64,000 nucleotides of DNA, from positions 3,232,001 through 3,296,000 of the forward strand of contig CBDCTZ010000016.1 of assembly GCA_965222375.1 (NCBI GenBank), written 5' to 3'. Positions 37,035 through 46,842 of the stretch are shown in pieces. The stretch is from Polyangiaceae bacterium (GTDB lineage: Bacteria > Myxococcota_A > Polyangia > Polyangiales > Polyangiaceae). Each line of letters begins with the position of its first letter. Positions within the stretch are counted from its first letter, which is position 1. Made by a program: the position numbers and the translations under genes. The notes under the pieces are model-generated. The model was not told where the DNA came from, ran no database searches, and worked only from the letters and a program-made list of their open reading frames with translations.

Positions 37035-39633
37035 CTGGCTCTGTGTGGCCGCGCTCTGCGCGCCACTCCTGGGCTGCGGAGACGGTGAAAGTCCGCAGGG
37101 CAACAAGAGCGGTCCCGTTGAGATCGTGGTGGACGACCTCGGCGTGCCGCACATCTACGCCGAAACCGACGAGGACCTGTTTTTCGCCTACGGCTACCAG
37201 CTCGCGTCCGACCGTTTGCTGCAGATCGAGATGTGGCGCCGCTTCGCGTTTGGGCGCCGCGCGGAGATCCTCGGTGCCGACTTCAAGGGGTCCTTCGGTT
37301 CCACTGCGCTGGAGGACGACAAGCTCGTTCGCATGTTCAACTTGCCCCACTTCGGGGGCATGGACGCCGTGTTGATGAAACGGGACTTTCCGGAGCGCTA
37401 CGCCCTAGTCCAGGCCTGGAGACAGGGAATCAACCGCCGCGTCGAGGAAGTGCGCTCCGGAGAGGTGCCGCCGCCCTTCGGTTTTGGCAAAGAGGACCTC
37501 GACTTTTTGCCGGAGCCCTGGGACGAAAACGATCCTTTCGTCGTGCAGAAGATGATCCAACTCGGCCTGGATCAAACGCTGCTTTTCGAGATTCTGGTGA
37601 CCCTGCTGGGGCAGCTCGCGCCGCAGGCTCTCGATAGCATTCAGTTGTTCAAGCCCGCCCGGGACGTACAGATAGTTCCCGAAGCGGAAGTGCCCGCGGC
37701 CAGTGCAATGTGGAGGCCGTTTCGACGGGACGCGACAGCGCGCGGCGGGTGGCAGGAAGCCCTCGGCAGCGCCGTGCAGCAACACCCGCGCGCAGGAGCT
37801 ACACGACGCATAGCGCGCGGTGACTCGACTCCTCCGGCGCGCGAGCTTCCGGCTTGGGCTGGCGCTGCGGACAGCTGGGGTAACCTACTGGCTGTGCCCA
37901 AGGCGGGCAGCAACAGCTGGGCGGTGGACGGTCGCTTCACCGAGAGCGGCAAGCCCATGGTCGCCGGGGATCCACACCTGGTGTTCACGTTGATGGGCGC
38001 CATGTATGCCGTGCACCTGAATAGCAAGGACCAGGGCGGTAGTTTTGATGTCGCTGGTTTCGCGTTTGCCCCTGCCCCGGGGATCTTCGCAGGTCAGACC
38101 CGGGGCGTGGTGTTCACCCCCACTAGTGCCTTCGGCGACGTGATGGACCTGTGGGCCGTGCAGCGCGACGGCGACCGCGTCAAGGTGGGCGAAAGCTGGG
38201 TCGATCTCAACGAACGCGAAGAGATCATCGAGGTGCGCAGCGGGTCCGCGGAGAGCATCACGCTGTACGACGTTCCTGGTCACGGCGTGCTCTTCGATCC
38301 GTCCTTTGCGGGGGTGCCCGTACCTCTCTCGGCGGATGGTCGTCCAACGCTGATTGGGTGGACCGGGTTCGCCGCGCGCAGTTCGCTGTACTTCCTCGAA
38401 CTCAATCGAGCGGAGACCATCGACGCTTTTGACGAAGCGGTGAAGCGCATCCCCGAGATGAGCTACAACTGGGTGGGCGCGGACCGCGACAGCATCGCGT
38501 ACCGAGTCAGCCTCGAGGTACCGCGCCGGGCGCCGATCGCCCCGGGGCGCGAGCCCTGGCGAGTCATGGACGGGAACGACCCCAAGGCGTTTTGGCTGGG
38601 CGAGAGCTTGCCCTTGGACCAGCTGCCCCACACTCGCGCCGCCGGACGTGGCCTCATCGTTACGGCGAACAACGACCCCTTCGGTTTCACCGCGGACGGA
38701 GATCCCGCCAACGACCCGCTCTACTACGGCGCCTTTTTCGATCCCGGTTATCGCGCGGAGCGCATCGACGCCGAACTCGTCCGGATGTCGAGTTCCGGCA
38801 AGCTCACGCTGTCGAACATGCAGGACCTGCAGATGGACGCGTACTCCTTGATGTCCGAGGACTTTCTGCCTTTGCTCGAACAAGCCTGGCAGCAGGTAGG
38901 CAAGGACCCGGCGCTGGCAAACTACGAAAGCCGTCCCGAACTATCCCAGTTGGTCAAGCTGCTGACCCAAGATTGGGACCGGCGCATGGTTCGAGACTCC
39001 GCAGGCGCTGTCGCATTTCATGCCTTCGCACACTTCACCGCTGGCCGAACTCTCGAGGACGACATTTTCGCGATTCTCTACGAGCGCGTGCTGGAGGCGG
39101 CGCCCTTCTACTTGCTCAAGGTCGCAGCACAAGCTCTCGCTGGCGCGTATCCAAAGGGTGACGCCATCCTGCAGGAGGGCCGAGACGTCATAATCTTGAG
39201 TGCCCTTTCGGATACCGCGGCGTTCCTCACGGATCGCTTCGGCAGTGTCGACCCGGCCGGCTACAACTGGGGCCGAATGCACGTGACGAACTTCGACAAC
39301 GCCTATGGGCTAGGCGTTTCTCTGACCAGCGTGCCGAGTGACGGCGGAGAAAATACCGTGAATGTGGCCCACAGCGTGTTTCGCAAGGACCTGAAGATCC
39401 CCGAGCAGTGGGTCAGTGACTACGGCCCCGTGGAGCGGATGGTGGGCCATTTCCTGGCGGATGGCTCGCCGGAAATCTGGGTCAACTTCCCCATGGGCAA
39501 CGTGGCTGATCGGCAGAGCGCCCACTTCGACGACCGCACCCAGGACTGGTCCGAAGGCAAGTATCGCAAGTTCGCCTTCGTACGCAGCGAGGTGGAAGCC
39601 CGCTCCGAGCGGCGATTCGAGTTGCGGCGCTGA
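36991..39633 (+). CDS. Penicillin acylase family (S45 Ntn hydrolase) lipoprotein
   Basis: DDLGVPHIYA, DRLLQIE, GSNSWAV (catalytic Ser), GDPHL, TANN; lipobox LLGC. Confidence 0.92.
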   Translation: MGRVVRTFVRHYRTSWLCVAALCAPLLGCGDGESPQGNKSGPVEIVVDDLGVPHIYAETDEDLFFAYGYQLASDRLLQIEMWRRFAFGRRAEILGADFKGSFGSTALEDDKLVRMFNLPHFGGMDAVLMKRDFPERYALVQAWRQGINRRVEEVRSGEVPPPFGFGKEDLDFLPEPWDENDPFVVQKMIQLGLDQTLLFEILVTLLGQLAPQALDSIQLFKPARDVQIVPEAEVPAASAMWRPFRRDATARGGWQEALGSAVQQHPRAGATRRIARGDSTPPARELPAWAGAADSWGNLLAVPKAGSNSWAVDGRFTESGKPMVAGDPHLVFTLMGAMYAVHLNSKDQGGSFDVAGFAFAPAPGIFAGQTRGVVFTPTSAFGDVMDLWAVQRDGDRVKVGESWVDLNEREEIIEVRSGSAESITLYDVPGHGVLFDPSFAGVPVPLSADGRPTLIGWTGFAARSSLYFLELNRAETIDAFDEAVKRIPEMSYNWVGADRDSIAYRVSLEVPRRAPIAPGREPWRVMDGNDPKAFWLGESLPLDQLPHTRAAGRGLIVTANNDPFGFTADGDPANDPLYYGAFFDPGYRAERIDAELVRMSSSGKLTLSNMQDLQMDAYSLMSEDFLPLLEQAWQQVGKDPALANYESRPELSQLVKLLTQDWDRRMVRDSAGAVAFHAFAHFTAGRTLEDDIFAILYERVLEAAPFYLLKVAAQALAGAYPKGDAILQEGRDVIILSALSDTAAFLTDRFGSVDPAGYNWGRMHVTNFDNAYGLGVSLTSVPSDGGENTVNVAHSVFRKDLKIPEQWVSDYGPVERMVGHFLADGSPEIWVNFPMGNVADRQSAHFDDRTQDWSEGKYRKFAFVRSEVEARSERRFELRR

Positions 39634-39779
39634 GGGGCCGCCAAGTCTCCGGGTGAGCCCGGGCGTGCCGGGCCAGCTCCTGGAGGCCGGCAAATCGGGC
39701 GGGAAAACAGTGCTGCGGATGGGTGCTGCGTCCTGGAAGTGCTTCCGCCGCAAGCGGCAGTGCGCTAGTCCCACAGAAC

Positions 39780-41129
39780 ATGGAGGCTGAGGTCGAAGCG
39801 GGCACCCGCATCGGCGAGAAATACGTGGTCGAGCGTGTGATCGGCGCCGGGGGCATGGGCGTCGTGGTGTCGGCCCGCCACGCGGATCTGGGTCAGCGGG
39901 TCGCGATCAAGCTCCTGCGCGAAGGCGTGTTGGCGGATTCCGAAGCTGAGCGGCGCTTCTTTCGCGAAGCCCGCGCCCTGGCCACACTGCAGAGTGACCA
40001 CATCGTCCGTGTGCATGACGTTGGGCGCCGAGACGAAGGCACGCCCTACATGGTCATGGAGTATCTCGAGGGCCAGGACCTGGCGCACGTGCTGATGGAG
40101 CGCAAGGCGGTGGCGCCCACGGAAGTCGTCGATTGGATCCTGGAGGCCTGCTCCGGGCTGGCCGAGGCTCACGCCCGCGGGTTGGTGCATCGAGATCTGA
40201 AACCGGGCAATCTGTTCCTCGCCAAGCGGTTGGATGGCTCCCTCCGCGTCAAGGTCTTGGACTTCGGAATCGCCAAGTCCACGAAGAGCCAATCCAAGCT
40301 CACGGGTGCGCGCGTCTTCTTGGGTTCGCCGCGCTACATGTCGCCAGAGCAACTGCACAGCTCGCGCACGGTGGACGCGCGCGCGGACATCTGGTCCATC
40401 GGCTGCGTGCTGTACCGCCTGCTCTCTGGCAAGGCACCCTTCGATGGTGAAGAGTTGGAAGACATCTTGGCCAAGATCCCCGCCGGGAAGCGCGAGGACT
40501 TGCGAAAACTCGTTCCAGATCTGCCCGAAGCGTTGTGCGTGGTCGTCGATCGCTGCCTCGAGCCGGACCGGAACAAGCGCTTCGGAAGCGTCGTGGAGCT
40601 GGCCCAGGCTCTGTCGCCCTTGGGGGGCGAGAAAGCCACGGAGATGGCCGACCGCGTCGCGAAGATCACTGCGCGCCCCATGACGACCGGCACGGCCATG
40701 GTTCAGGGGACGCATCCGGTGCCAAAAGCGGCGTCCGTGCCCAAGGACGTGGACCGCGCTGCGGCAACCCGCGCGGAAGGCTCCATTGACGGCAGCGCAG
40801 ACACCGAGCTGGGTCCGCCGAAGCGCGTGACCCTCGAACCCACCGTGGATGATCCTCAGCTTTCGGCGGTTCCCATTTCCGAGCCTGCCGTCGCTGATTC
40901 GGGCTCTGACGCGTCAGCGCCCACGCCTGCTTCCCAGCTGCCCGCCGTCGCACCGTCAGCGCCGCCAGAAGCGATGCCGAGTGACCACCCAGCGCCTCCC
41001 GAAGTGGTCAGCTCCCTGGCCCCACGCCCGAAGACGCGATGGGGTGCAGGAACCCTCGTTTTGTTGTTGTTTCTAGCGGTCGCGGTGCTCGTCGTGGCCT
41101 TCGTGGGTTTCGGAGCCTTCGCAAAGTGA
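39780..41129 (+). CDS. Ser/Thr protein kinase with C-terminal TM
   Basis: GAGGMG, VAIK, HRDLKPGN, DFG, GSPRYMSPE. Confidence 0.95.
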   Translation: MEAEVEAGTRIGEKYVVERVIGAGGMGVVVSARHADLGQRVAIKLLREGVLADSEAERRFFREARALATLQSDHIVRVHDVGRRDEGTPYMVMEYLEGQDLAHVLMERKAVAPTEVVDWILEACSGLAEAHARGLVHRDLKPGNLFLAKRLDGSLRVKVLDFGIAKSTKSQSKLTGARVFLGSPRYMSPEQLHSSRTVDARADIWSIGCVLYRLLSGKAPFDGEELEDILAKIPAGKREDLRKLVPDLPEALCVVVDRCLEPDRNKRFGSVVELAQALSPLGGEKATEMADRVAKITARPMTTGTAMVQGTHPVPKAASVPKDVDRAAATRAEGSIDGSADTELGPPKRVTLEPTVDDPQLSAVPISEPAVADSGSDASAPTPASQLPAVAPSAPPEAMPSDHPAPPEVVSSLAPRPKTRWGAGTLVLLLFLAVAVLVVAFVGFGAFAK

Positions 41130-41152
41130 CAGCATCGGCTAGGGTGAACTCG

Positions 41153-41656
41153 ATGCGCCTCGCTGTGTTGCTCGCTGTGCTGTTGTCGATGCTGGGCTGT
41201 GCTGGAGGCTCCGCAACCCTACCTAAGAGCGCCGACAGTCCGCTCTTAGAAGGCACACTTCCGGACTTCCGTCGCAACGATCTCGCTGGCGCGACGATCA
41301 AGAGCAAGGAACTGGTGGGTCGCGTGGTGGTGGTGAAGTTCTTTGCGAAGTACTGCAAGCCTTGCAAGAAGACACTACCCGCCACCGTTGCCATGGCGGA
41401 GGAGCGACCGGAAGTGACGTTCCTGGGCGTCAGTGTGGACGAGAGCGAACGGGACGCGCGCGAGATGGTCAACCAGTATGGCCTGTCCTTTCCAGTGATC
41501 TACGATCGCGGTGCGGTCTTGGCTGGTCGGTTCCGCATTTCCGAACTGCCGGCCACGTTCGTGGTGGGCAAGAGCGGCAAGGTGGTTTGGGTCGGCGCGG
41601 AAGCCGTGGACGAGTCCGTGCTGGCCTCGGCCATCGATGCGGCTGAGTCTCGCTAG
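41153..41656 (+). CDS. TlpA-family disulfide reductase lipoprotein
   Basis: Lipobox MLGC; FFAKYCKPC; LPATFVV. Confidence 0.88.
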   Translation: MRLAVLLAVLLSMLGCAGGSATLPKSADSPLLEGTLPDFRRNDLAGATIKSKELVGRVVVVKFFAKYCKPCKKTLPATVAMAEERPEVTFLGVSVDESERDAREMVNQYGLSFPVIYDRGAVLAGRFRISELPATFVVGKSGKVVWVGAEAVDESVLASAIDAAESR

Positions 41657-41660
41657 CGAG

Positions 41661-42440
41661 CTACGCGCCCGCCGCGCTTCGGTATCGCTCCAGGGCGGTT
41701 TCGATCGCTCGGCGCACGCAGTCTGGGGCAGGCGCACCAGCGCTATTGCGGCACGCGTTCAGGGCTTGCTTGAGCGCGTCGCAGGTGGCGCCGCAGTGCT
41801 CGCATTGGTCCACATGGGCTTGCATCTCGGCGCAGGACTTGGCGGAGAGGTCCCCCTCCAGCTGCTTGGATAGTTGCTCGACGACGTCTGGGCACCCGCT
41901 TGGTGCGGCCTGCGGGCGAAGCACTGGATACAGGGCGTCTTTGAGCGCTCTGCGGGCACGGTGCAGGCGGCTTTTCACTGCGCTGACGCTCGTGCCCAGC
42001 GCATCCGCGGTTTCTGCCGCGGTCAGACCTTCTGCGTCCCGGAGCCACAAGACTTCCCGATACTCCTCGCTAAGCCCATCCAGGGCGCGGGCCACGCTGC
42101 GAGACAGTTCGCGTTGGGCGGCGCGCTGCTCGGGGCTGCCGTCTGAAGCCGGCAGTGCCTCATCGAGTTGCTCGTGGGGTCGGTTCTTCAATCCACGTCG
42201 CCTGCGGTGACAAGCACTACGCACGATCGCATACGCATAGCTTGATATGGCGGAGCGTCCCTGGAAGTCGGCCAGCTGGGTGGATAGGTGCAACAGAGTT
42301 TCTTGAGTGGCGTCTTCCGCGTCTTCCGCGGAGCCACAGAGCTTGAGGCCAAAGCGATGTACCTTGGGCCCCAGCTCCGTCAGCAGCTCGCGCATTGCGG
42401 CTGCATCGCCGGATTTGGCGCGGGTGATCACGTCAGTCAC
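41661..42440 (-). CDS. ECF sigma factor with fused C-terminal zf-HC2 domain
   Basis: DAEDATQETL, AVKSRLHRAR; C-terminal CPDVV...HVDQCEHCGATC. Confidence 0.9.
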   Translation of the reverse strand: MTDVITRAKSGDAAAMRELLTELGPKVHRFGLKLCGSAEDAEDATQETLLHLSTQLADFQGRSAISSYAYAIVRSACHRRRRGLKNRPHEQLDEALPASDGSPEQRAAQRELSRSVARALDGLSEEYREVLWLRDAEGLTAAETADALGTSVSAVKSRLHRARRALKDALYPVLRPQAAPSGCPDVVEQLSKQLEGDLSAKSCAEMQAHVDQCEHCGATCDALKQALNACRNSAGAPAPDCVRRAIETALERYRSAAGA

Positions 42441-42503
42441 ATCGGGATCATAAGTCGCCGGCCGCCGCTTCGCCAGAGTTCGAGGCGCCTGCTCTGATGT
42501 CGC

Positions 42504-42878
42504 TTACACCTGAGCAGCATGGGCTTTTTCGTGCTCCGCGAGCTTCTTCTTGACGTCCAACATGTCCAACTTGCGGAGCTTTTCCACTAGCTGGTTCAGC
42601 GCAAACGCTTGCATGACACCAGGTTGCTCGAAGACGAGTACACCGTCCTTGAACGCCATCAAGGTGGGGATGGCTCGGATCTGAAAGGACGCGGCGAGGG
42701 ACTGCTCCTCGTCCGTGTTGATCTTTCCGAACGTGACGTCCTTGTGTTGCGCAGCCATCCGTTCGTAGATCGGGGCAAAGGCGCGACAAGGCCCGCACCA
42801 AGGGGCCCACCAGTCGATCAACACGATTCCCTCTCCGACGGTGGCTTCGAAGGTGCTTTGGGTGAGTTCTACGGTCAT
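42504..42878 (-). CDS. trxA: Thioredoxin
   Basis: WAPWCGPC, IRAIPTL; SD ggagga. Confidence 0.9.
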   Translation of the reverse strand: MTVELTQSTFEATVGEGIVLIDWWAPWCGPCRAFAPIYERMAAQHKDVTFGKINTDEEQSLAASFQIRAIPTLMAFKDGVLVFEQPGVMQAFALNQLVEKLRKLDMLDVKKKLAEHEKAHAAQV

Positions 42879-43048
42879 TGATGTCCTCCACAGGTGAGAG
42901 CCGCTGAGCCGCCGAAAGGGTTCGCGAGCTTCCAACCCCCGGAGTTTCATCGCGAAATCCCGGCGCCTCCCGGGCGCCGCGGCACCCGAAAAATGCGTCG
43001 ATTCACTGCCGGGTTTGCGGCTACCCTCGCGCCAGCCCGGAGGACCTC

Positions 43049-46000
43049 GTGACCGATCTCGCCGTAGAGCGCTTCGAAGTGGGCATTCGCCCCGAGCACA
43101 AAGACGCTCGCGCGGACGCCGTGGCAGCCGCTGCGGAGCGCCATCTCGGTATCGTGCCCAAGAAGGTTCGCACTCGCGATGTGTATCGCGTGCTTTCGGA
43201 CATGCAGGGAGACGAAGCTGAGCGTGTGTTGAAGGAGCTCGTCGACCCTGTGCTTCAGGTCGGCGCCCGGGGCCGACTGAAGGAGGAGGACTTCGACGTG
43301 GCGGTCACGGTGGGCTTCAAGCCTGGCGTGACAGACCCTATTGGCAAGAGCGCGTTGGTTGCGGTTGGGGATACGTTGGGGCGCGCGGTGCCCGCGGATT
43401 CCGCGGTCTTCACTTCGACGGTTTACTTGTTCGAGGGCATTGATACGCAAGAAGCGGAGCGGATCGCCTTGGACCTACTGGCCAACCCGGTGATCCAGAC
43501 CATCGACGTTCACACCTCGAAGCAGCTCCTCGACTCCCCGCCGGATTTGAGCGTTCCCCGGGTTCTGGGGGAGGGCAGCCGACCAACCGAGGTCGTTGAG
43601 TTGCCTGACGACGACGAGCAGCTAGAGGCCATGAGCCATTCGCGCTTGCTGGCGCTGACTCTGGCGGAAATGCGTGCGATTCGTGCGCACTTTCTGGAAG
43701 CCGGCAACAGCGAAGCCCGGCAGGCCGTTGGGCTTTCGACCTCACCCACAGACGCGGAACTGGAGTGCTTGGCACAAACCTGGAGCGAGCACTGCAAGCA
43801 TAAGATATTCAACGCCAAAATCCGGTACGAAGAACCCGGCGCTCACCCAGAGGTCATCGAAAGCGTGTTCAACGCCTACGTGCGCGGAGCCACCCGTGCG
43901 GTGGAGCGCGCAGAAGGCGATCTGCATCGCCCATTCTTGATCAGCGTTTTCCACGACAACGCGGGGGTCGTTGCTTTCGACGAGGACTATCACCTTGTCT
44001 ACAAGGTGGAGACCCACAACTCGCCGAGTGCCCTCGACCCCTATGGCGGCGCCATGACGGGTATCGTGGGAGTGAACCGCGACCCCTTTGGAACCGGGAT
44101 GGGCGCGGAATTGCTGAGCAACGTCTGGGGCTACTGTTTCGCCTCGCCGGATTGGGACCGAGAGCTGCCCAAAGGCTTGCTTCACCCGCGCAGGATCCGA
44201 GAGGGCGTGCACCACGGCGTGATCGATGGTGGTAACCAGAGTGGCGTTCCCTACGCTCGCGGTTGGGAAATTTTCGACTCGCGATTCGTGGGCAAGCCTC
44301 TGGTCTTCTGCGGAACCGTCGGCCGCTTGCCGGTCAGCGTTGCGGGAAAGCCCGGCCATGAGAAAGCCGCACGACCCGGCGACAAGATCGTGATGGTCGG
44401 CGGTCGCATCGGAGCCGATGGCATTCACGGCGCGACCTTCTCTTCCGCGGCCTTGGATGAATCGGCTCCGGTGCAAGCCGTACAGATCGGAGATCCGATC
44501 ACTCAGAAGCGCATGTTCGACTTCTTGCTCGAAGCCCGCGACGCCGGCCTGTATAGCGCCATCACCGACAACGGCGCGGGCGGGCTGTCCTCCAGTGTGG
44601 GTGAGATGGCCGAAAAGCCTGGGGGCTGCAAGATGGATCTGAGCCTCGCGCCGCTGAAGTATGCGGGTTTGGCGCCCTGGGAAATCCTGGTGAGCGAAGC
44701 TCAGGAGCGCATGACCCTCTCGGTGCCGCCAGAGAAGTTGGACGAGCTGCTAGCGCTGTCTGCGCGTCGCGAGGTCGAGTCCACGGTGCTCGGGGAGTTC
44801 ACGGATAGCGGCGTTTTTCACGTGCTCTACGCTGACGAAACCGTGGCGCACTTGCCGATGCGATTCCTACACAAGGGCAACCCCCGGCTCGAGATCTCCG
44901 CTCGCCACGAGGTGCGGAAGTTCGAAGAGCCGACCCTGGACGAGACCGAGGACTATTCAGCGACCGTCGAGGCCATGCTGGCCAGGCATGGTGTCGCCTC
45001 CAATGAACAGATTGCGCGTCACTACGACCACGAAGTCAAAGGGCTGACCGTGGTCAAACCCTTCGTCGGCGCGTCTTCGGATGTACCCGCGGAGGCCAGC
45101 GTGTTTTTGGCACGGCACGACAGCCGGCGCGGCTACGTGCTCAGTGAAGGCGTCAATCCCTTCTATTCGGATATCGATGCGTACGCCATGGCAAGCAGCG
45201 TGGTGGATCTCGCCGTGCGCCGCGTGCTGTGCGCGGGTGCACCTCTGGCTGGCATCGCGCTCTTGGACAACTTCTGCTGGCCGGACCCTGTAGAGAGCCC
45301 CAAAAACCCCGAAGGCGCGTACAAGGCAGCCCAGCTCGTGCGTGCTTGTCGTGGCCTCTACGCTGCCTGCGTCGCCTACAGCGCGCCATTGATCAGTGGC
45401 AAAGACTCGATGAAGAACGACTCCACCATGGGTGGCGTTCGAGTCAGCGTGCCGCCGACCCTGTTGGTGAGCGCCATGGGTCAGATCAGCGATGTGGATT
45501 CGGCGGTGACCCTCGACCCCAAGAACGCGGGCGAGTACGTCTATGTTCTGGGCGAGACCCTGGATGAGCTTGGGGCCAGCGAGTACTACCGGCACCTTGG
45601 AAGCGTGCGTGGGCCGGCCGCGGCTCTCGGGCAGCCGGCGCCCTACGTTGGCAATTCGGTGCCGCAAGTCAGGTTCGACGCCACCGTGATGCTATATCGG
45701 GCGCTAGCGATCGCAACGGGCGCGAAGATGCTGTGCAGCGCTGCGACGCCTGGCCTTGGTGGCATGGCGCTCTGCCTAGCGCGCATGGCCATGGCGTCCG
45801 AACTAGGCCTCGACGTCACGTTGGGCTCGGACGCGGACCCGCTCTTGCCAGCCGCGGAGTTGTTCAGCGAATCGAACGGCCGCTTTGTCGTCACCGTCGC
45901 GCCACCAGATGCACCAGCGTTCGAGACGCTGATGGTTGGGCGTCCCGTGCGCCGCGTGGGCGTGGTCACCCAAGAGCCCAAGCTCGTGATACGCAATGCC

Positions 46001-46060
46001 AAGCGCGTCCTGGTCGACTGCGAGGTCGCCACGCTCAAGTGCAGTTTCAAGTCGCGCTGA
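43049..46060 (+). CDS. purL: Phosphoribosylformylglycinamidine synthase subunit with PurS-like N-terminus, no glutaminase domain
   Basis: QTWSEHCKHKIF, KVETHNSPS, DGIHGA, DNGAGG, SEAQERM, ISGKDSM, LFSESNGR. Confidence 0.93.
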   Translation: MTDLAVERFEVGIRPEHKDARADAVAAAAERHLGIVPKKVRTRDVYRVLSDMQGDEAERVLKELVDPVLQVGARGRLKEEDFDVAVTVGFKPGVTDPIGKSALVAVGDTLGRAVPADSAVFTSTVYLFEGIDTQEAERIALDLLANPVIQTIDVHTSKQLLDSPPDLSVPRVLGEGSRPTEVVELPDDDEQLEAMSHSRLLALTLAEMRAIRAHFLEAGNSEARQAVGLSTSPTDAELECLAQTWSEHCKHKIFNAKIRYEEPGAHPEVIESVFNAYVRGATRAVERAEGDLHRPFLISVFHDNAGVVAFDEDYHLVYKVETHNSPSALDPYGGAMTGIVGVNRDPFGTGMGAELLSNVWGYCFASPDWDRELPKGLLHPRRIREGVHHGVIDGGNQSGVPYARGWEIFDSRFVGKPLVFCGTVGRLPVSVAGKPGHEKAARPGDKIVMVGGRIGADGIHGATFSSAALDESAPVQAVQIGDPITQKRMFDFLLEARDAGLYSAITDNGAGGLSSSVGEMAEKPGGCKMDLSLAPLKYAGLAPWEILVSEAQERMTLSVPPEKLDELLALSARREVESTVLGEFTDSGVFHVLYADETVAHLPMRFLHKGNPRLEISARHEVRKFEEPTLDETEDYSATVEAMLARHGVASNEQIARHYDHEVKGLTVVKPFVGASSDVPAEASVFLARHDSRRGYVLSEGVNPFYSDIDAYAMASSVVDLAVRRVLCAGAPLAGIALLDNFCWPDPVESPKNPEGAYKAAQLVRACRGLYAACVAYSAPLISGKDSMKNDSTMGGVRVSVPPTLLVSAMGQISDVDSAVTLDPKNAGEYVYVLGETLDELGASEYYRHLGSVRGPAAALGQPAPYVGNSVPQVRFDATVMLYRALAIATGAKMLCSAATPGLGGMALCLARMAMASELGLDVTLGSDADPLLPAAELFSESNGRFVVTVAPPDAPAFETLMVGRPVRRVGVVTQEPKLVIRNAKRVLVDCEVATLKCSFKSR

Positions 46061-46193
46061 AGAAGCTCGGATGGGCCGACCTGAGGCCCCGTCTACTGTG
46101 GTTTTGGGGGTCGAGCGCTGGGGCGGCCCCGGGCCACTACTCCCGCCCTAGGCCCCTCGGGCCGGAAGGGCCGCACGCTTGCGGCCTCGGACC

Positions 46194-46712
46194 TCAGTAG
46201 CCGTCGACGGTGATCTTGATCACCTGGGCTGGCGTCGTGGGTCGATCTCCCGCGCCGGTAGGCGTGGTCTCGATCTTCTGAACCGTGTCTTGACCTGAGG
46301 TCACTTTGCCAAACACCGGGTGCTTGGACTGCCCAGCGGTGAACCAATCCAAGTAGTGGTTGTGCACGGTGTTGATGAAAAACTGGGAGCCGCCGCTGTT
46401 GGGGCGCCCCGTGTTGGCCATGGAGAACGTGAAGGGCTCGTTGCTGAGCTTGTGCTCCTCCGGATGCTCATCCTGGATCGTGCCGTGGGGGGGACCACCA
46501 GTCCCAGCACGGGTGCTGTTCGGATCCTTGGAGTGAGGGCAGCCGAACTGAATCATGAAACCCTTGATCACCCGGTGGAAATGCAAGCCGTCGTAGAATC
46601 CGCTCTTGGCCAGGTCGAGGAAGTTCTTGGCCGTCAGGGGCATCTTGTCCACGTAGATCTCGGCGGTGAAATTGCCCAGGGAGGTTTCGAAGGTTGCAGT
46701 CGGGTTCGCCAT
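46194..46712 (-). CDS. Cyclophilin-type peptidyl-prolyl isomerase
   Basis: [32 protein letters not shown]. Confidence 0.95.
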   Translation of the reverse strand: MANPTATFETSLGNFTAEIYVDKMPLTAKNFLDLAKSGFYDGLHFHRVIKGFMIQFGCPHSKDPNSTRAGTGGPPHGTIQDEHPEEHKLSNEPFTFSMANTGRPNSGGSQFFINTVHNHYLDWFTAGQSKHPVFGKVTSGQDTVQKIETTPTGAGDRPTTPAQVIKITVDGY

Positions 46713-46842
46713 GGTTTCTTCCTCGCTCGCTTTCGGCGCCTCTCATAACACCTCCGCGGCCCGTTGAGGAGCCCCCACGGACTCTGCGGATCCGCTGATG
46801 GTCGGTCGCGACCGGTCGCCGGCGGGCTGCTACACTGACCCC

